Both the position numbers and the translations under genes were made by a program. From Eledone cirrhosa (taxonomy: Eukaryota), in the NCBI GenBank assembly GCA_964016885.1, contig OZ024753.1, forward strand, positions 26,722,001-26,786,000: DNA of 64,000 nucleotides, written 5' to 3'. This document shows, piece by piece, positions 12,128-26,264 of this stretch. How positions within the stretch are numbered: the first letter of the stretch is position 1; each line of letters begins with the position of its first letter. The notes beneath the pieces were generated by a model, which saw only the letters and a list, made by a program, of their open reading frames with translations, did no database searches and was not told the origin of the DNA.

Positions 12128-13139
12128 AACAGAAAATCATTAAAATATATATAAACACATCTAGTGGCAGTGTATGTCTCCTGCCTATATATATATATAT
12201 ATGGTGGCTGCCAACTCGTTTTCGAGTACGGCCACTACTTTATATCCATGTAGGAGAACCCCTACCGATACGCTGAACGAGTGTGACTTTTTAGTCCAGC
12301 CAGCGACTTGAAAACTCTGGTACAAACACTACACTTGTGACAATTATTGACACATAGTGCTGGGCCTATGGTACCATGTGACGACAAGTGCAGAGAGATC
12401 TCCAGATATAAAGCAATGCCTGTGCTGTGAAGCTTTTATAGTGAGCAAAGGCACTGCACAAAGCCAGTCCCACTCTCTTAACCAAGATGATATTTACCAA
12501 AAAGAAGAACAAGTCAACATCATTGGATATTATCAGGGTTACAGGTGTTATATCAGAGTTTTCCTTCTCCTAGAATTCTGCCTTGACAAAGGCTAAGGAG
12601 TCATCTCTCTCGGTGATTTTGGATGGCCATTGACTCTTAAGAGCTCCTTTGCCCTTTGACAGGTTTTGTTTTTAGTCCTGCATGATGTCCAGTCACCCTC
12701 CTCACCAAGAAACCTTGGTGGGGTTGCCAGTTTAGTCGCCAACGACCCGACCATGAGACAGGTTGTACTGGGATACATGTTACCATATATATATATATAT
12801 ATATATACATACATACACATATATATACATACATACACATACATACACATACATACACACACTCACATTAACACATGTCTGTTACTGCTAGCTGTTTATT
12901 TAATCTTCACAATGTTTTTTCTATTAAGTTGGAAGCCTTTTTTTATCACTATCTCACTTTTCCTCTTTTTTTCTATTTGTAATTTGACCTTTCACCAAAA
13001 CTTTTCAAATTTTGCATATCATACTCTTATGATTTTATTTATTCTTTTCCTTCTATCCATTTTTAAACATGATCTTACAGTATTTATTTCCTTACTCTTC
13101 ACCAGTAAAACTCCCTCATCCACCATTATCGCCACTATA

Positions 13140-13650
13140 AGGGTGGTGGATTGGCATGGCTGTATCGGTAGAGGGTCGGACGCCATGCTTTACAGCATAG
13201 TTAGGGATCTTTACGATCTAAGTTCAAATCCAGCCGAGGTTAACTTTGCCATTCATCCTTACAGGGAGGGGGTGGGGTGCTTGATAAAATAAAGTACCAG
13301 TAATACACTGAGTTAATTGCTGGCCTTGTCAAAAGTAGAGGCAATTATCACCACTATCTTCAGTCTTCTGTTGAAACAGTTTCTATGTCATTTTTGAAGA
13401 CCCACCCCCCTTTAATTATTATCTTTTGTGGATTGGCAGTAATCAGTAGCGTGATAAACATGCTTTGCAGCATAGAGTTACATTCTGAGTTTACATTCTG
13501 AGTTCCAATTCCGCCGAGGTTAGCTTTGCCTTTCATCCTTACAGGGTCGATAAAATAAAGTCCCAGTAAAGCACTGGGGTTGATTTAATCAACTTTCCTC
13601 TCCCCTTCAAATTGTTGGCCTTGTGCCTAAATCAGAAACAATTATTATCT
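13140..13650 (+). mobile_element. Two tRNA-derived SINE copies
   Basis: GGTGGATTGGCA head, B box, central domain and tail as in the 51696 copy. Confidence 0.85.
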
Positions 13651-14093
13651 CTAATTTTGTTCCCTTGTTTACCATTTCCTTTCTTCGAGAGATGTATGAG
13701 AATTGACATTTGTCTAAACATTTGTTAGCTTTCAAACTTTGTAGACTTAATGCTGTCAATATCACAACTAGTCTAAAGTCTGTCTTAAGCCATTTAAGGC
13801 TCGTTAGGTTGGTGCTTATCATCCTCAAGCTCAAGCCAGTCATTTACTACAATCTCACTAAGTACGTCTCTCACTTCATAGTTATCAGTCTTGCTAAGAA
13901 GCAAATTCACTGGATAAAATACTTACTCCAATTATTCATCTATTATTCATCTATAATTGTCATAATTTGCAGAACTATCCCATCCTCGTTTTTATAAATA
14001 TGATTTATATAAACATTTTAAAAGTATAATGTGTAAAAAATAAAGACAATTTGTCTTCATGAAAGATGTAGTAGCAGAATGTTTTTACCTTAA

Positions 14094-14293
14094 ACCATTT
14101 AGCATTTAAACCGGCCACCTCCAGCCAGAATTCTCTCACCTCATTCTGTTCAAACTGGCTATAACTGGCCACTGTTAAGATATTGATCTCAAAATAAATA
14201 ACATCAAATTCTTATAGATTCAATATTATGTGAGGTAAAGCGTTTACTGTGAAAATATAATAGTAAATATAGAGTAATGTAAATTCTAAAGGG
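14094..14293. mobile_element. piggyBac-like MITE copy
   Basis: Same family as 30887-31072; ends AAAGGG|TTAA. Confidence 0.65.
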
Positions 14294-14559
14294 TTAAACC
14301 ATTTAAGTGTTTTTTTATAATATGAAATATTCTGTTCTTTTATTGGTTCCTATGGATTGCTAAAATTGGAATTAGTGAATAGTTTGTTTAGATAACGTTG
14401 GCTAGGTTGCTGTTTGCTACATAGTTGGTGTTGGTGCTGGCAGAAAATATTTAAAATAGTTGGTTGTAATCAAAACCTATTGTTGATTGATTGTTAAACT
14501 GAAACAGTGTATGATATCAGTGTATTACTATTATTATGTGGGATACCTGCTGTTGTATT

Positions 14560-15114
14560 TCGGACAGCTCCAACTATCAACTGAGTCCATCATGAAGATC
14601 ACCCCACTGGCTTCCTGTAGCAGGGAAGGAGAGTCTTGATTTAATCTGTGTGGTGGCCATGGCGAAAGAGGTTGTTTTGTGTAGGATTTGAAAGGTTTGA
14701 ATACAAACATTTTCCTCTTTGGCGAAGCCCTGATTAACCGTTTCAGGTTTCACTTGAAGAGAAAAATCAGAGTGGAGAGGAAAGTACTGCCTTCCAACCA
14801 GTTTGTTGAAAGTTGGGTGAGAGTGGCAAGCATGACCTGAGTGAATGGGTCTGCTCCGGGCATGCACCTGTAAATTTGAGGACAACTGGGAGATAGCACT
14901 TACCTTAGCAGTCAGTGACCTTGGATTTTTGTGGGCTTTCTCCACAAGTTACCTTTGGAGATCTTCGAAGTTTTGGATTTTTCAAATGTTTATTTTTTAA
15001 GTTTTTGTTATAAACTTCTTACACACAAAACCTGCATTGTACTGTCCTGTGTCACCTTTAATGTTTTCTTAATGTGAGCATTGTGTGGTTAATAACAAAA
15101 TCATTATTATTATT
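14560..15114 (+). mobile_element. L1/Tx1-like LINE 3' remnant with (ATT)n tail
   Basis: Degenerate ORF2-end-like peptide (VVAMAKEVV..RFHLKRKIRVER..FVESW) and a 3' tail similar to a second tail at ~15500-15610. Confidence 0.5.
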
Positions 15115-15420
15115 TTTTGGGAGTTTCAGTCATTGATGTTATTTAACTGGAAAGATTGTTCAAATGAACATCAAGCTGCCACCTGCAGCCTCAAATATTC
15201 AGGACGTATCGGATGGTTCTAGTGCTCCTATGACAATCGGGATGACCTTGATTTCATGACAGTCTCAAATCCTTTTTAATTTCCTCTTTAAATACTGGTC
15301 TCTCTTTTTCTTGCATTCTTGTGTCAAAGGGGCAGGCTACATCTACAATCAGCCACAATCTTTTTTCCTTGTCAAAAACCACCAGGTCAAGCCTATTGTG
15401 TTCTAATTTCTTGTCTGTCT
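15115..15420 (-). mobile_element. R4/Dong-type non-LTR remnant (restriction-like endonuclease)
   Basis: Minus strand QTDKKLEHNRLDLVVFDKEKRLWLIVDVACPFDTR matches the HNRPD..IIDV.P.D RLE pattern; flanked by (TAA)n repeats, the target known for Dong elements. Confidence 0.72.
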
Positions 15421-15566
15421 GTTGCTGTTGTTATTATTATTATTATATATTTTTTTCTTTTCTTATATAAATAATAAAAATATTTACACGCACAAAACCC
15501 ACATCGTACCGTCCTGTGCCGTCTGTAATGTTTTTCTTGATGTCAGCCATGTGGCCAATAAAGAAA

Positions 15567-15609
<43 letters not shown>

Positions 15610-15720
15610 CCATGATAACCCTGATTAAAGTGTTCTAACCAAGTGTTGCTTTAATATATCTGTGTAATCAAAACCATTGAATTATTTAGATAAGTTAACA
15701 CCAAAATCTTTCTTTTACAG

Positions 15721-16402
15721 GTTCATGCCTATATAATCAGCCAACTTAAGAAGGAAATGCCAGCTATGTTTGGTAAAGATTCTAAAAAGAAAAAACTTAT
15801 CAACCGACTATCAACAATATATGAGCACTTACAGAGAGAGCACCAAATTTCTTCTGGAGACTTTCCAAACCTCAAGAGAATGCAAGATCAACTACAACAT
15901 CATGATTTCAACAAATTTCATCCTTTGAAACCAAAACTTTTGGGAACTGTTGACCACATGCTAGCAGAAGACATAGCTAAACTGATGCAAATCATTCCTC
16001 TGGAGGAGACACTTGCTAAAGTGAATGACGCAGATGTCAACACTGTAAAGGTAGGTGCATTTGAAGGTTACAGTGAAAGTCCATTTGGGTTTGGTTGTGG
16101 TGAAGGAATCGATGAGGGTCGTGGGGAACACGAATGGGTAGTTAATAATGAGCGCTGCGACTATGACAAAGTATTTGACACCCTAAGTCCTATTGATGGC
16201 AAAATCACTGGTAGCAATGCCAAGAAAGAAATGGTAAAGTCCAAGTTACCAAACACTGTCTTAGGTAAAGTTTGGAAACTGGCTGATGTTGATAGAGATG
16301 GCATGCTTGATGCTGATGAATGGGCTGATGAAAATTAAACTTCAGGGTCATGACCTTCCTGCAGACTTGCCTGAGCATTTGATTCCACCAGCAAAGCGAT
16401 AG
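15721..16402 (+). pseudogene. EHD1: EHD last exon (helical region + EH domain), frameshifted near the C-terminus
   Basis: TTTCTTTTACAG acceptor then VHAYIISQLKKEMPAMFGKD...SPFGFG...SKLPNTVLGKVWKLADVDRDGMLDADEW; short deletion; LMKIKLQGHDLPADLPEHLIPPAKR* continues in another frame. Confidence 0.93.
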
Positions 16403-17123
16403 TTTATTTATATGCTCTAACACTTAGGGATGGGGAATTACTCCTTATTATCCTCTTCATCTCGCTCGTTCTCTCTCAATGAGAGCTATATGTCCAGGGA
16501 AAGTGCGGGTGAGGTGTTTGTCGAAAATATTACTCTGAACTGTTGTTAAAGTGTCTTATAAAGAAATTGTTCAGGAAGAGAAAGATAGACAAATAAGAAA
16601 ACAATATTTTTGTTGACTCGGGACTGTAGGAGAGAGAGAAAAATACCAAGAATAAACAGAAGAAAAATAGAAATATTGAACAAAAAGGAGAAGTTGTTAA
16701 CCTGTTTTGGGTGGATTTATTATAACAAATTTAAGTTTGTGAAGGGATGAAACAAAATTAAAAATTGTATATTAATTGAAATTCATTTTTCTCAATATTT
16801 TTGTGCGATTATATATATATATAAATGAAGTAATTCCGTCGGAAAAGTCCAGGAAAAAAGAGTGCTCTATGTAGGTAACAGAGCTTAATAGTTATGTAAT
16901 AAACAACATAAGGCAATTATTCCATTTACCAGTGGATTCTTAAAAGCAAAAAATTTTGCTTTCAATCATAAGAATGAAAAAATCCTGGTCTGTTTATTGA
17001 ATTTGGATTTTAAAAAACAAAAATGCAATCTATATGAAAGTGAGGCTGGAGAAGGAAGAAGGAAAGGAAAAATAAAATAAAAACACACATGCAAACACAC
17101 ACACACACAAATGCATACATACG

Positions 17124-17159
<36 letters not shown>

Positions 17160-17372
17160 CACTCATACATACACACACACATATACACATATATATGTGT
17201 ATATATATACACACATACACTCATACATACACACACACATATACACATATATATGTGTATATATATACACACATACACATACATATACACATACATACAT
17301 ACACACATAAATATCAATACATCCATACATACACATACATATATACAACCACAAAAACATATATACACACAT

Positions 17373-17429
<57 letters not shown>

Positions 17430-17931
17430 TACACATACACATACATAGCCATACAGACATACATATATATACATACACACAATCATACCTATATACACAC
17501 GTACATACATACACATACAAAAATGCATACATATGCATGTACAAAATTAAAAAAATATACACACACCTCTACATATTCACACACGCAAATAAATATAAGA
17601 AAAAATATATATAAAATAAAATAATAAAAACTATTATACAGTTGACAGCGATACAGGCAACGAATAAATGAACAAACACGCGTGGTAAGCAATACACACA
17701 AATGCACGTACAAATACATACGTAAAAATAAATACATACACACACTCTCACACATAAATATACATATACAAATACATAAACACATACATACGCATACACA
17801 AATACACACACAAACACACACACACACACATATACATATATACACACACATATACATACACATATATATATATATTTCGTTTCTGAATTTGTTTAGCAAG
17901 ATTCTTTATCTGAAAACGTGTGTTGAAACCG

Positions 17932-19146
17932 ATATTGTTATACTTTGGGAGGGTCATGTTGCCAATAAGAAACACACGCACCAGTTGCTTTCACTTCAAT
18001 TTATTATAATAAATTTATAATTTTAGGAATTTATAAATTTCCGGTTGGTTGGTTGGTTCCACAACCAGATGGTTGTTTATATATTGTCAAAGTTCTTTCG
18101 TCACACATTCTGTGACCTCTTCAGTGACTGGAGATTCTTTATTCTATTAGCCTTATTTAGGAATAAGGCTAATAGAATAAACTCATGGTATGATAGCAAT
18201 AAATACCAGAGTGTAATGTTCATCGATACAACCCCTAGAGGAGAATTAGATTACAAATTTAGAAGGGCCCTAGATAAACATAAACTCAATATTAAGATAG
18301 TAGAAAGACCAGGTACCTCCGTAAAAACACTTATTAGCAAGACATACCCTTTTCAAAGACCCCCCTGTATAGATAAGAAATGTATAACCTGTAAATTAAG
18401 CCCCTATATTAACTGTAAAACTAGAAATGTAGTATATAGCATAAGATGTACTGAAGGACAATATAGAGACAAAAATATAGTGTACATAGGTGAGACAGCT
18501 CGTAATGTAGGGGAACGGATAAATGAACACTGGCGAGACCTTCAAGATAGTAAAGAATCATCTGTACTCTACCAACATGCTGAAATAGAACATAAGGGTA
18601 AATAAGAGAACATAGAAATAAAAATAGAATCTACACACAGAAAAGATGCAATGTTTAGACAAATCACAGAGGCAATAAACATAAAAGAATTACAACCAAA
18701 ATTAAATAGAAAACATGAGTGGAACAGCAACATCACAACTTACAATTAAGGACAAAATGAAAACACACACGCACATAGAACAAACAACTAACCTGTAACA
18801 TGTAAATAAACAAATAAATAAACGAATATAAACACACACAGACACCCGGATGTGGCGCATGCGCAGACTGAGCACACAACACACACACAGAAACAAGATG
18901 GCGTATGAAAGAACAAAAGAGAGGCACAAAAACAAAGAAAAGAATCCCCAGTCACTGAAGAGGTCACAGAATGTATGACGAAAGAACTTTGACAATATAT
19001 AAACAACCATCTGGTTGTGGAACCAACCAACCAACCGGAAATTTATAAATTCCTAAATTTATAAATTTATTATAATAAATTGAAGTGAAAGCAACTGGTG
19101 CGTGTGTTTCTTATTGGCAACATGACCCTCCCAAAGTATAACAATA
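17932..19146 (+). mobile_element. 5'-truncated PLE 3 (different family) with ~210-bp inverted terminal copy
   Basis: GIY-YIG fragment CITC..CKTRNVVYSIRC..YIGETAR..RINEH..H; 17932-18140 is the reverse complement of 18940-19146. Confidence 0.85.
18951..18993 (+). ncRNA. Minimal hammerhead motif (mirror copy at 18086-18128, minus)
   Basis: GUCA CUGAAGA gGUCA..UGAC GAAA GAAC UU UGAC. Confidence 0.65.
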
Positions 19147-19456
19147 TATATATATATATAAATACACATACACATATACACACATATATATATACACACA
19201 CACATACATACATAGCTATACAATTATACACATACAAATACGTACATATCACAAACACGCACAACCAAATACAAACACACACACATATATATATATATAT
19301 GTGTGTGTAAAACTCAATCTTAGATAATTCATATGAACCTTATATAACTCCAAAATATACATATACATATATATAGTAATGTAATAAACAACATAAGGCA
19401 ATTATTCCATTCACCACTGGTTTCTTAAAAGCAAAAAATGTTGGTCTATCTATCTA

Positions 19457-19504
<48 letters not shown>

Positions 19505-19693
19505 CACATACATACATTTTGGTATGTGAAGGGTAAGGCAAAAAAAATATATGGGGGGGAAAAGGAGAGGGCAAAAATGACATAGGAAAAGGTGAAATAT
19601 AAGGGGAGATAAGGGAGAAAAAGAATACAAGAGTACAGAACGTGGATTCAGCAGGTAAAAAACCGTAGTAGAAGTAAAGAGCTGAGAAGGAGT

Positions 19694-21831
19694 TCAAGGC
19701 GGTTGAGTTATCATAGGAATGTCAATCCAGTTACAGATCAGATGGGGTTTCAGATGAGGACAACATCTGAAGATCTCGGTCTTTGAGTTTAGGCAAGCAG
19801 AAGTGGCTCTCAAGTTTAGCAAAATCCTATATTTTTCTGTGGTGCACAAAGAACAATTCTTTGTGCTCCTTTGGTACTTCCTCGAATGGTCTAAGATAGA
19901 CCAATCGATAGAGTACGGGATGTTACTATCCTTGAATTCCCACACCTTACTTGCGAGGGCCGTTGTTGTTCGTTTATCGGAGTGCTTAAAAGAAGCGACA
20001 TGTGAGTAAAACCTGGTTTTAAACCTGTCCTGGGTCATGCCGACATATCGCTCACTCCTGGCTGGCTGGTTGTTGATTAACGGTGTTATTTTAGCCTCAT
20101 AAACAACAGATTTGGTGTTACATTTACCCTGCAATGGGCATTCATCCAGCTTCCTGCAACTGCATCCTGGATTTGTTCTCGTATGATTTGAACTAGTGAT
20201 CTTGGACTTCATAGATGGGCAACAAGAGTAACTGATCTTAACTACGTTCCTATTAAATATCTTATAATATCTATGATTAGGAGGAAAATGTTTGTCTAAG
20301 AGTTCAAGGAATTTCCTTCCTACATTGGTTTTGACAGTTAGAGAGAAGGGGGTGTGAACCAAATAATTTTCCTTTTCCTGTTATTGTGGTTAGTTTTAGG
20401 GGGAGGAGTAGGTAAATAAAAAAAATTTTCTGTAAAACCGCTGTTCTTAAGGGCTTTATTATAATAAGGGGCGGCTTTATTAAAAATGTCTATAGACGAA
20501 GATAAGGTAGAAATCCTACGGCTAATGTTGGGAATAAGATTATTAAAAACTATAGGGGGATGGCAAGACTCTTTGTGTATATACCTAAGATTTTCATTAG
20601 GTTTATGATAAGGTTTAAAAGAGGCAGTAAGTAGATCAAGATTAATATCAAGAAAGTTAGCATTGGTAAGGTTCATATCTATAGTGATTTTAAGGTTAAG
20701 ATTAGCAAAAGTATTGATTAAATCTTTACGGAATTTATCAAGGTTATGGCCGTTGGTGGTATGAGAAACTGCCAATCCGTCATCGCGGTATAAACCGATA
20801 TTATGGGAAGGAAATTTCTCTTTGAGGGTGTGGAGAAGGAATAATCCTACTAAGTCACACACATCCGCACTGTTATATGAACCCATTGCAACATCAAAAG
20901 AGTTTTCAGGGTTTGACTTTTTAACCCAAATATTTTCATTAGTAAAGAGTAAAGTTTTTCTAGCATGAAAGATAATGTCTTCTTCTAATTTAGAAATATT
21001 AATGAAGGGTTTTGCAAAATCTAAGGCATTAGTTAATAAGGAAACAGTAATAGAGGGGTAAAAATCAACAATATCAAATTGGGTAAATCTACCTTGTATA
21101 TTATTAAACCAAGAAATAACAGAGGAAGTATTTAGCCACTGTGATAGGTCAGTGTTAGTTCTAATTTGGAGAATTATTTTTCTTAAGATTTTTTTACTTG
21201 CAAGGCCAACTTCGGATTTAGCCGGGTTAATCAGTCTACAACTAGGTCGATTAGTAAAGTCCAATTTATGGTCTTTAAGGGTAATATATACTTTACGCTT
21301 AGCTAGGCTTTCAATCCGGTTGTCTATTTTTAAAGAACTAGCTAGTTCTTTAGCTTCTTTATTGATAGTATTGTAGGTATTATTATTAGTTAATTGATAT
21401 TTGTTGGTGATACTATTAGTTAATTGATATTTGTTGGTGATACTATTAGTTAAAAGTTGGTTATACAAAGTACTATTAACTTCAAAGAGATTTTTAGTTT
21501 TATCAGAAAGAACAAAGGTGTTTGTAGAATTTCTAAAATTAGAAATATCGTTAGACAGTTTAGTTTGAAAGTTATTATTGTACTTATGAAATTTGATATC
21601 ACTAATTAGATTAACAAGGTCTAATTCTAAGTTGGCCATGCCTTTAATTCTAGGTGGATATTTACGGGATTTTATGTCAAAACAATCATTAGTATCAGCA
21701 CTGAATAGTCCATCGTAAACCATTGCCTTCCATCTCATTCTTTTAACAATTTGTTCGATTTTATCTATAAGCATTTTGGTATAAGGAGTAGGTATATTTT
21801 TGATTGAATAATCCAATTCATAAAGGTCCAT
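19694..21831 (-). pseudogene. PLE2 RT + GIY-YIG ORF, one frameshift (~20350)
   Basis: KNIP..KRMRWK, QFDIVDFYPS, MGS, YRDDGL, IIWFTPP, CSCx5CPL, VVY..YVG, CSLC..EK, CPH; 30-bp tandem duplication (TNSITNKYQL x2). Confidence 0.93.
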
Positions 21832-22047
21832 GGTGCATGTTGGTTAAATTCCTGAAAACTGTAGAGGGCTCAACTAATCGGGCAGGAAAGTGCCAATTGT
21901 ATATGTAATATAGAATATGTTTCAATCAATCCCGGTTGGAGCTGTATAAATGAAGTAATTCCGTCGGAAAAGTCCAGGAAAAAAGAGTGCTCTATGTAGG
22001 TAACAGAGCTTAATAGTTATGTAATAAACAACATAAGGCAATTATTC

Positions 22048-22101
22048 CATTTACCAGTGGTTTCTTAAAAGCAAAAAATTTTGCTTTCAATCATCAGAAT
22101 G
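22048..22101 (-). ncRNA. Type I hammerhead, intact core (PLE2 5' pLTR)
   Basis: CAUU CUGAUGA UUGAAAGCAAAA..UUUUGCUUUUAA GAAA CC ACU GG UA AAUG. Confidence 0.85.
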
Positions 22102-22883
22102 AAAAAATCCTGATCTGTTTATTGAATTTGGATTTTAAAAAACAAAAATGCAATCTATATGAAAGTGAGGCTGGAGAAGGAAGGAAAGGAAAAATAAAAT
22201 AAAAACATACATGCAAACACACACACACACACAAATGCATACATACACACACATATATATATACATACACTCATACATACACACACACATATACACATAT
22301 ATGTGTATATATATACACATACACATACATATACACATACATACATACACACATAAATATCAACACATCCATACATACACATACATATATACAACCACAC
22401 ACACATATATAAATATATATATATGCATACACATACATAGTCATACACACATACATATACATACATACATACACACAATCATACCTATATACACACGTAC
22501 ATACATACACATACAAAAATGCATACATATGCATGTACAAAATTAGAAAAATATACACACACCTCTACATATTCACACACGCAAATAAATATAAGAAAAA
22601 ATATATATAAAATAAAATAATAAAAACTATTATACAGTTGACAGCGATACAGGCATATTCTACGCCTTTAGGCGAAATAGTTACCAAAAATATATATATA
22701 TATATATATATAGATAGACCAGGTTTTTTTCATTCTGATGATTGAAGGCAACATTTTTTGCTTTTAAGAAACCACTGGTGAATGGAATAATTGCCTTATG
22801 TTGTTTATTACATTACTATATATATGTATATGTATATTTTGGAGTTATATAAGGTTCATATGAATTATCTAAGATTGAGTTTT

Positions 22884-23013
<130 letters not shown>

Positions 23014-23115
23014 TTGTATTTGGTTGTGCGTGTTTGTGATATGTACGTATTTGTATGTATATAATTGTATAGCTATGTATGTATGTATGTATATATGTGT
23101 GTATATGTGTATGTG

Positions 23116-23194
<79 letters not shown>

Positions 23195-23195
<1 letters not shown>

Positions 23196-23625
23196 GAAAA
23201 TTGAACAGGGACAGAACAGAGAGGCAGTACGATAAATGTTTATTAAATTCACGCTCAGGAGAGTGGGGGTAGGTGGGGGACGACGTTTCGGGCACAAGCC
23301 CTTCTTCAGGTGAGAAGTGTGTGGGAACAGAGTTCAAAAGGTTTGTAGGGGAGTGGTGGAGAGACATATAGCGAAAGGAAACGGTGCGAATGAAAAATTA
23401 ACAAATAAAGACAAAAAATATAATAAATAAAAATAAAGCATGATCAAAATAGGCAGAGACGGGGAAGGGAAAAAGAAACAGAAAAACGTAGGGAGGGGGG
23501 AGTAAACACCGGAAAATTAAAGACAAAAAATCATAAAGGTAATAACACAGGCGATCGTGAACAAAAAATCATAGAAATACAATTGTAAGAACACAGGCAA
23601 AGAATCTTATACGGAAAAAAAAGTC
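23195..23625 (-). mobile_element. PLE 3' tail fragment with minimal hammerhead (23278-23313)
   Basis: Minus strand AC CUGAAGA aGGGC uugu GCCC GAAAC GUC GU, then AATAAA and (TA)n. Confidence 0.72.
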
Positions 23626-24038
23626 GTGTATGTATATGTGTGTGTGTGTTTGTGTATGTATTTATGTATGCGTATGTATGTGTTTATGTATTTGTATATG
23701 TATATTTATGTGTGAGAGTGTGTGTATGTATTTATTTTTACGTATGTATGTGTACGTGCATTTGTGTGTATTACTTACCACGCGTGTTTGTTCATTTATT
23801 CGTTGCCTGTATCGCTGTCAACTGTATAATAGTTTTTATTATTTTATTTTATATATATTTTTTTTAATATTTATTTGCGTGTGTGAATATGTAGAGGTGT
23901 GTGTATATTTTTCTAATTTTGTACATGGATATGTATGCATTTTTGTATGTGTATGTATGTACGTGTGTATATAGGTATGATTGTGTGTATGTATGTATGT
24001 ATAAATGTGTGTATGGCTATGTATGTGTATGTGTATGC

Positions 24039-24070
<32 letters not shown>

Positions 24071-24404
24071 GTGTGTATATATGTATGTGTGGTTGTATAT
24101 ATGTATGTGTATGTATGGATGCGTTAATATTTGTGTGTATGTATGTATGTGTATATGTATGTGTATGTGTGTATATATATACACATATATATGTGTATAT
24201 GTGTGTATGTATGAGTGTATGTATATATATATATATATATGTGTGTGTGTTTGTATGTATGCATTTGTGTGTGTGTGTGTGTGTGTTTGCATGTGTGTTT
24301 TTATTTTATTTTTTCTTTCCTTCTTCCTTCTCCAGCCTCACTTTCATATAGATTGCATTTTTGTTTTTTAAAATCCAAGTTCAATAAACAGACCAGGATT
24401 TTTT

Positions 24405-24458
24405 CATTCTGATGATTGAAAGCAAAATTTTTTGCTTTTAAGAAACCACTTGTAAATG
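24405..24458 (+). ncRNA. Type I hammerhead (inverted PLE2 pLTR)
   Basis: Same motif as 22048-22101 with one stem III substitution. Confidence 0.78.
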
Positions 24459-24486
24459 GAATAATTGCCTTATGTTGTTTATTACA

Positions 24487-24550
<64 letters not shown>

Positions 24551-24879
24551 CTTGAGTGTGCTTTTGTATTACGGAAGAATGAGCCCTTGATATGTAAATG
24601 TAAAGGTAATTTATAGATGGTATTAGTGATTCAGCTAAAAAAAACTCACTTTCAGAGACATTATTGCCAAAAGCTGATATTCTCCATTATCACAACTTAT
24701 ACATGTGTAAATGAGTAAATATCTGATACTAAACTGATGTTGAGCCATGATATACATTTGTCATTTCCTCTCTCTCACTTTCTCTGAAAGAAATCTCCTG
24801 TACTCAGGAGATGGGCTACGCCAGGCTGAAAATGCCTAAGAAACACTATGTCAATCAGTGCCCCTACGACTCTATACAG

Positions 24880-25315
24880 CAGTATCGGTAGAGAGTCGGA
24901 CACCATGCTTTGCGGTGGATTGGCAGACTCAGTAGTGTCAGACATGCTTTGCGGCATGGAGTTATGGCCCTTCATGGTATGCGTTCAAATCCCGCCGGGG
25001 TTAACTTTGCCTTTCATCCTTATGGGGTCGATAAAATAAAGTACCAATAATGTGCAGGGATAATTGCTGGCCTTGTGCCAAAAGTAGAAACAATTATTAC
25101 TAATGCCGTGATGGCGGTGGATTGGCAGAATCGGTAGTGTCAGACATGCTTTGCGGCATGGAGTTATTGTCCTTTATATTTTGAGTTCAAATCCTGCCGT
25201 GGTTAGCTTTGCCTTTCATCCTTACAGGGATGATAAAATATAGTACCAGTCCCGCACTGGGGTCGATTTAATTGACTTCAAATTGCTAGCCTTGTGCCTA
25301 AAGTAGAAACAATTT
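24880..25315 (+). mobile_element. Tandem tRNA-derived SINE copies
   Basis: Repeated GGTGGATTGGCAG head, B box, central domain and tail. Confidence 0.85.
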
Positions 25316-26264
25316 GTGTGTGTGAAGAGAGATACATGTGAATGTGTTTTCTCTTTTTGTTATCAATGAAGTCAACATTATTTGTAAATTACAACTACAA
25401 CTAACCATTCTCTAATGTAAAACAAACAGAAGATCTATTGGTTGATCTCTTCTAAAGCAGCATCTGGTGTAATATCAACTATTTGTGGTTTGGTGATTTA
25501 CCTAATGAGTAATATATTGAGAAATTCATATGAAATGAAATTGTAAAAAATGGTTCTAAAATGTCTTGTCATGTAGAATTTTATGGTGCCCTGACACATA
25601 TAACATTGTCAAAACTGCATCACAAAGAATCTTTTTAAATTGAAGTCCAATATTCAATTTATCTATTAACATTTACATTACTCTATATTTACTATTATAT
25701 TTTCACGGTAAAGTCTTTATCTCACATTGAATTTATGAGATCTTGATATTATTTGTTTTGAGAAGAATACCTTAATGAAGGGTTGGTTAAGGCTGGTTTG
25801 AATAGAAAGAGGTGAGAGAATTCTGGCTGGTTTAAATTTTAAACAAGCTAATTATTTCTTTGTGGCCCAGTAGCAAATGATCCACGGACTGGTACTGGTT
25901 CGCAGCCCGGTGGTTGCTCTATAAGGCTCAAATAAGATCCATTTAGAGTATTGCTAACATATACCAGATGATGCTACTAATACTACACACACAAACATTC
26001 TACATCTCATGTAAAGGAAACCATTTTACTGATCATTTTCTAACTATTATATATTTCTTTTATGAAAGAACAGATGGCTATGAGAATTAGGTGAGTTCAA
26101 ATTTTTATACTGTCTCTGTCCAGGATATTTACCTACAAAATGGCCCAGTCCACCTAGCTGCTGCATATAAGTATTGCTGATTAGAAACAGTTTAGTTACA
26201 TTCAGTAAAATTTGTTGTTTAGCTCCATGACACCTTTTTGAATAGACCTATAAGTTTTCTGGTC

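Noticed and set aside
12666-13292. 208-aa hydrophobic ORF
   Set aside because: Spans a LINE end, a microsatellite, a T-rich tract and a SINE.
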